Position numbers and translations under genes: made by a program | Notes under the pieces: model-generated | What the model was told of the DNA's origin: nothing | The model's input: only the letters and a program-made list of their open reading frames with translations | Databases searched by the model: none | Origin: Candidatus Limnocylindrus sp. | Lineage (GTDB): Bacteria > Chloroflexota > Limnocylindria > Limnocylindrales > Limnocylindraceae | Assembly: GCA_040397235.1 (NCBI GenBank) | Contig: JBBAWH010000005.1 | Location: 21,118-85,117, forward strand | DNA: 64,000 nt | Direction of reading: 5' to 3' | Shown: in pieces, positions 62,005 to 64,000 of the stretch | Layout of the letters: each line of letters opens with the position of its first letter | Numbering within the stretch: the first letter of the stretch is position 1

Positions 62005-63883
62005 CTCCTTCTACTGCTTCGCTATTGGCAACGCCCCAGCCCATCGAGCTGAGGTCAAGTTGCGCCGCATCTCGCGCCGGCGGTTCGACGCCAAGATGCC
62101 CCTCAAGATCGGCGAGCCGCGGTGCCGCGAGACGAGAGAGTGCTGCGACTCGATCGGCCGCCAAGAGGTGCCAGTTCCCCGTCTCCCACGCAGCACTCAG
62201 CCGCTCATCGCGCGCCAGGCGGAGTTGCAGCAGCGGTACGAGCGCTGGCGCAAGAACGAGGAGCCGCACGACCTCGCGGTCGCTCGCGATGAGCGCGTGA
62301 CGCTGCAAGAGCAGTTCGCCAACGGGGAGAGGGCCAGTAACGACCTCGCAGAAGAGCACAGCACGACCGCGGCGGTAGAGCACCGCGTCTACGGCGTCAT
62401 AGGCGGCGCGATCGGAGCGAAGGCGCAGCGGTGGCGAGCTTTCAATTGGATCAACCGTGGCCCGCGCCCCGAGGGCGCGACCGGCAACAACCGTAGATGC
62501 GAGCGCAGGTGCGACCGAAACATGTAGGCCCATGCGGGGGCCAAGCTCCAGCAGCCCCGCAACGATAGTGAAACGTTCACTCGTGAGATCCGCTCGTGAT
62601 GCGCGCGCCGTTCGAGCGCCATCAACCACGCTCGTATACGCATCCAGCATCGCGCTGCGAGGCTCTGGGCTAACGCCGACCAGATCGGCATCGAGTGCCA
62701 CAAGGGCCTCGTCAACGCCGTCGCCTGCGCTGAGTGCGTCGACGAGCGCGAAGGCGGCGGCATCGGCGCGATCAGAGGCTGGGGTGGCCAAGCGCTCACG
62801 CTCCGCGCGCCCCTCAACAAAGATGCGTCCATCAGCCACGGCAATGAGTTGATCGAATGAGCCGGCGGGGCGGAGCTTCGCATGCAGATCGGCAACGCCG
62901 CGCAGCTCTTCGGCAAACGCTGCTGCATCGAGCAGCTCCCCTGCCGCATGTGCTGCACCAGCGCGCGCCGCTGCGTAGGCGGGGAGGATCTGTCGCGGCG
63001 TAGCAGGCTCGCCATGAGCGACCACAAGGTCACTCATGAGCGCGATCTGACTGCGGGACTGCAGGACCTTTGCCGGTGGCTCGCTCATTCGCGCCGTCAC
63101 GGTGAGTCCGGGGGTGCGGCCGTCGTCGAGACGCCGGGCCACGCTGCCTGCAGCGCCCGCAAGGCTGATCGCCGTTAAGACGCCGGCCAGCTGTTCAGCG
63201 TGATCATCAAGATCGATCACGAGGAGCGGGTCGTGACGCATCAGTGGATTCATCGCCACGAGGAGTCGCGCCAGGGCGGCGGCGATCGTTACGGCATCGT
63301 TTGATTGCAGCGCGGCGAGGAGTGGGTCGGGCTCACTCTGTTCGCCAGCCCAACGCGCGGCAATCGCGCGGTCGACGAGTTCATCGGCGCTGCCGCCCAC
63401 GGTGACGCGCAGGAGCGCGACACGAATTGCAGGGGTGCGCGTCACGAGCGTTGCCAGCGACGTGCGCGCGGCCGCTCCGCCGCGCAGAACGATCGTGCCG
63501 CTCCCTGGGTAGGTGAGCGCGGAGAGGTCGCTACTCATGGTGAGCTGTGGCGGCACCGGCTGGGCAGTCAGGTAGATTCGGCGACGGGTATCGATGGCAT
63601 CGAGAAGCGCCTGCCATGGCGCGATCTCCCACCAGGTTCGCCCGGCGCGCTGTGGTCGAGCCATCGCCGCCGCCGCTTCGGTCAACGTGAGGCGCAGTGC
63701 CCCCAGCATCACGGCGCTCTCGCTCGAGCGCTCTAGGGCACTACTCAGCGCATCAAGCGAGCGCAACTGTCGAGTGCTCCAGCGTGCCGCAGCGCCGTCA
63801 ACGACGCCAGCGAAGCGACTATCAACTCGGGCACGAACCGCAGGCTCGAGCAGCCCAGCAGAGGCGACCTCGTTCGGCAGCAT
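61982..63883 (-). CDS. Large hypothetical Ala/Leu/Arg-rich protein
   Basis: 633-aa ORF with no TM and no motif I recognise. Overlaps the DUF4281 gene start by 23 bp. Confidence 0.35.
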   Translation of the reverse strand: MLPNEVASAGLLEPAVRARVDSRFAGVVDGAAARWSTRQLRSLDALSSALERSSESAVMLGALRLTLTEAAAAMARPQRAGRTWWEIAPWQALLDAIDTRRRIYLTAQPVPPQLTMSSDLSALTYPGSGTIVLRGGAAARTSLATLVTRTPAIRVALLRVTVGGSADELVDRAIAARWAGEQSEPDPLLAALQSNDAVTIAAALARLLVAMNPLMRHDPLLVIDLDDHAEQLAGVLTAISLAGAAGSVARRLDDGRTPGLTVTARMSEPPAKVLQSRSQIALMSDLVVAHGEPATPRQILPAYAAARAGAAHAAGELLDAAAFAEELRGVADLHAKLRPAGSFDQLIAVADGRIFVEGRAERERLATPASDRADAAAFALVDALSAGDGVDEALVALDADLVGVSPEPRSAMLDAYTSVVDGARTARASRADLTSERFTIVAGLLELGPRMGLHVSVAPALASTVVAGRALGARATVDPIESSPPLRLRSDRAAYDAVDAVLYRRGRAVLFCEVVTGPLPVGELLLQRHALIASDREVVRLLVLAPALVPLLQLRLARDERLSAAWETGNWHLLAADRVAALSRLAAPRLADLEGHLGVEPPARDAAQLDLSSMGWGVANSEAVEGVDREPLS

Positions 63884-64000
63884 GGTCGCGGCGTCACCAC
63901 CACGTCGCCCGAGGGCACGGCAGGCGGCACAGGTGGCGCGACGCGCCGCTGGTTGCGCACGCTCCTGGTCCGCATCAAGCGCCTCCTCCCAGCGCCAGGC

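Overview
This is a high-GC (roughly 68-70%), gene-dense stretch of bacterial chromosome. Most genes are housekeeping, genes frequently overlap by 4 bp, and GTG/TTG starts are common. The taxon cannot be assigned from sequence alone; the genes would fit a high-GC Gram-positive or a Chloroflexi-like organism. Recognisable content includes a colinear pantothenate/CoA cluster (coaX-coaBC-panB-panC), ndk, gdhA, a DegV protein and several MFS transporters. An E2 acyltransferase is split into a stand-alone lipoyl-domain ORF and a stand-alone catalytic-domain ORF. Further along are pdxH, a five-gene Dpp/Opp-type peptide ABC operon, an FGGY kinase, BioY, a tRNA-His, an orphan MalK-like ATPase, a Nudix hydrolase, a class III aminotransferase, pepN, a nicotinate phosphoribosyltransferase, glgC, an M23 peptidase, pepA, an SDR epimerase, LysE, a HAD-IIA hydrolase, an NYN-domain protein, ccsA, B12-dependent class II RNR (nrdJ) with putative NrdR boxes, an S33 peptidase, a LOG protein, thyX, an LCP protein, acs, and an IclR-crtI-crtB carotenoid locus with a nearby ABA4/DUF4281-like gene. 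I found no CRISPR arrays, transposases or integrases. The most interesting unexplained content is, first, a tightly coupled three-gene cassette at 11.4-14.3 kb (small Zn-ribbon protein, coiled-coil protein with a PD-(D/E)xK nuclease-like motif, membrane transporter-like protein). Second, a small Cys-rich ORF translationally coupled to thyX. Third, the split E2. Fourth, an arrestin/SpoOM-like hypothetical overlapping a HAD gene. Fifth, an NYN / Zn-ribbon membrane protein / CcsA trio. Sixth, a 633-aa Ala/Leu-rich hypothetical at the right edge. Many long antisense ORFs are GC-driven artefacts. Coordinates I derived by counting bases in the printed sequence may be off by about 1 nt.
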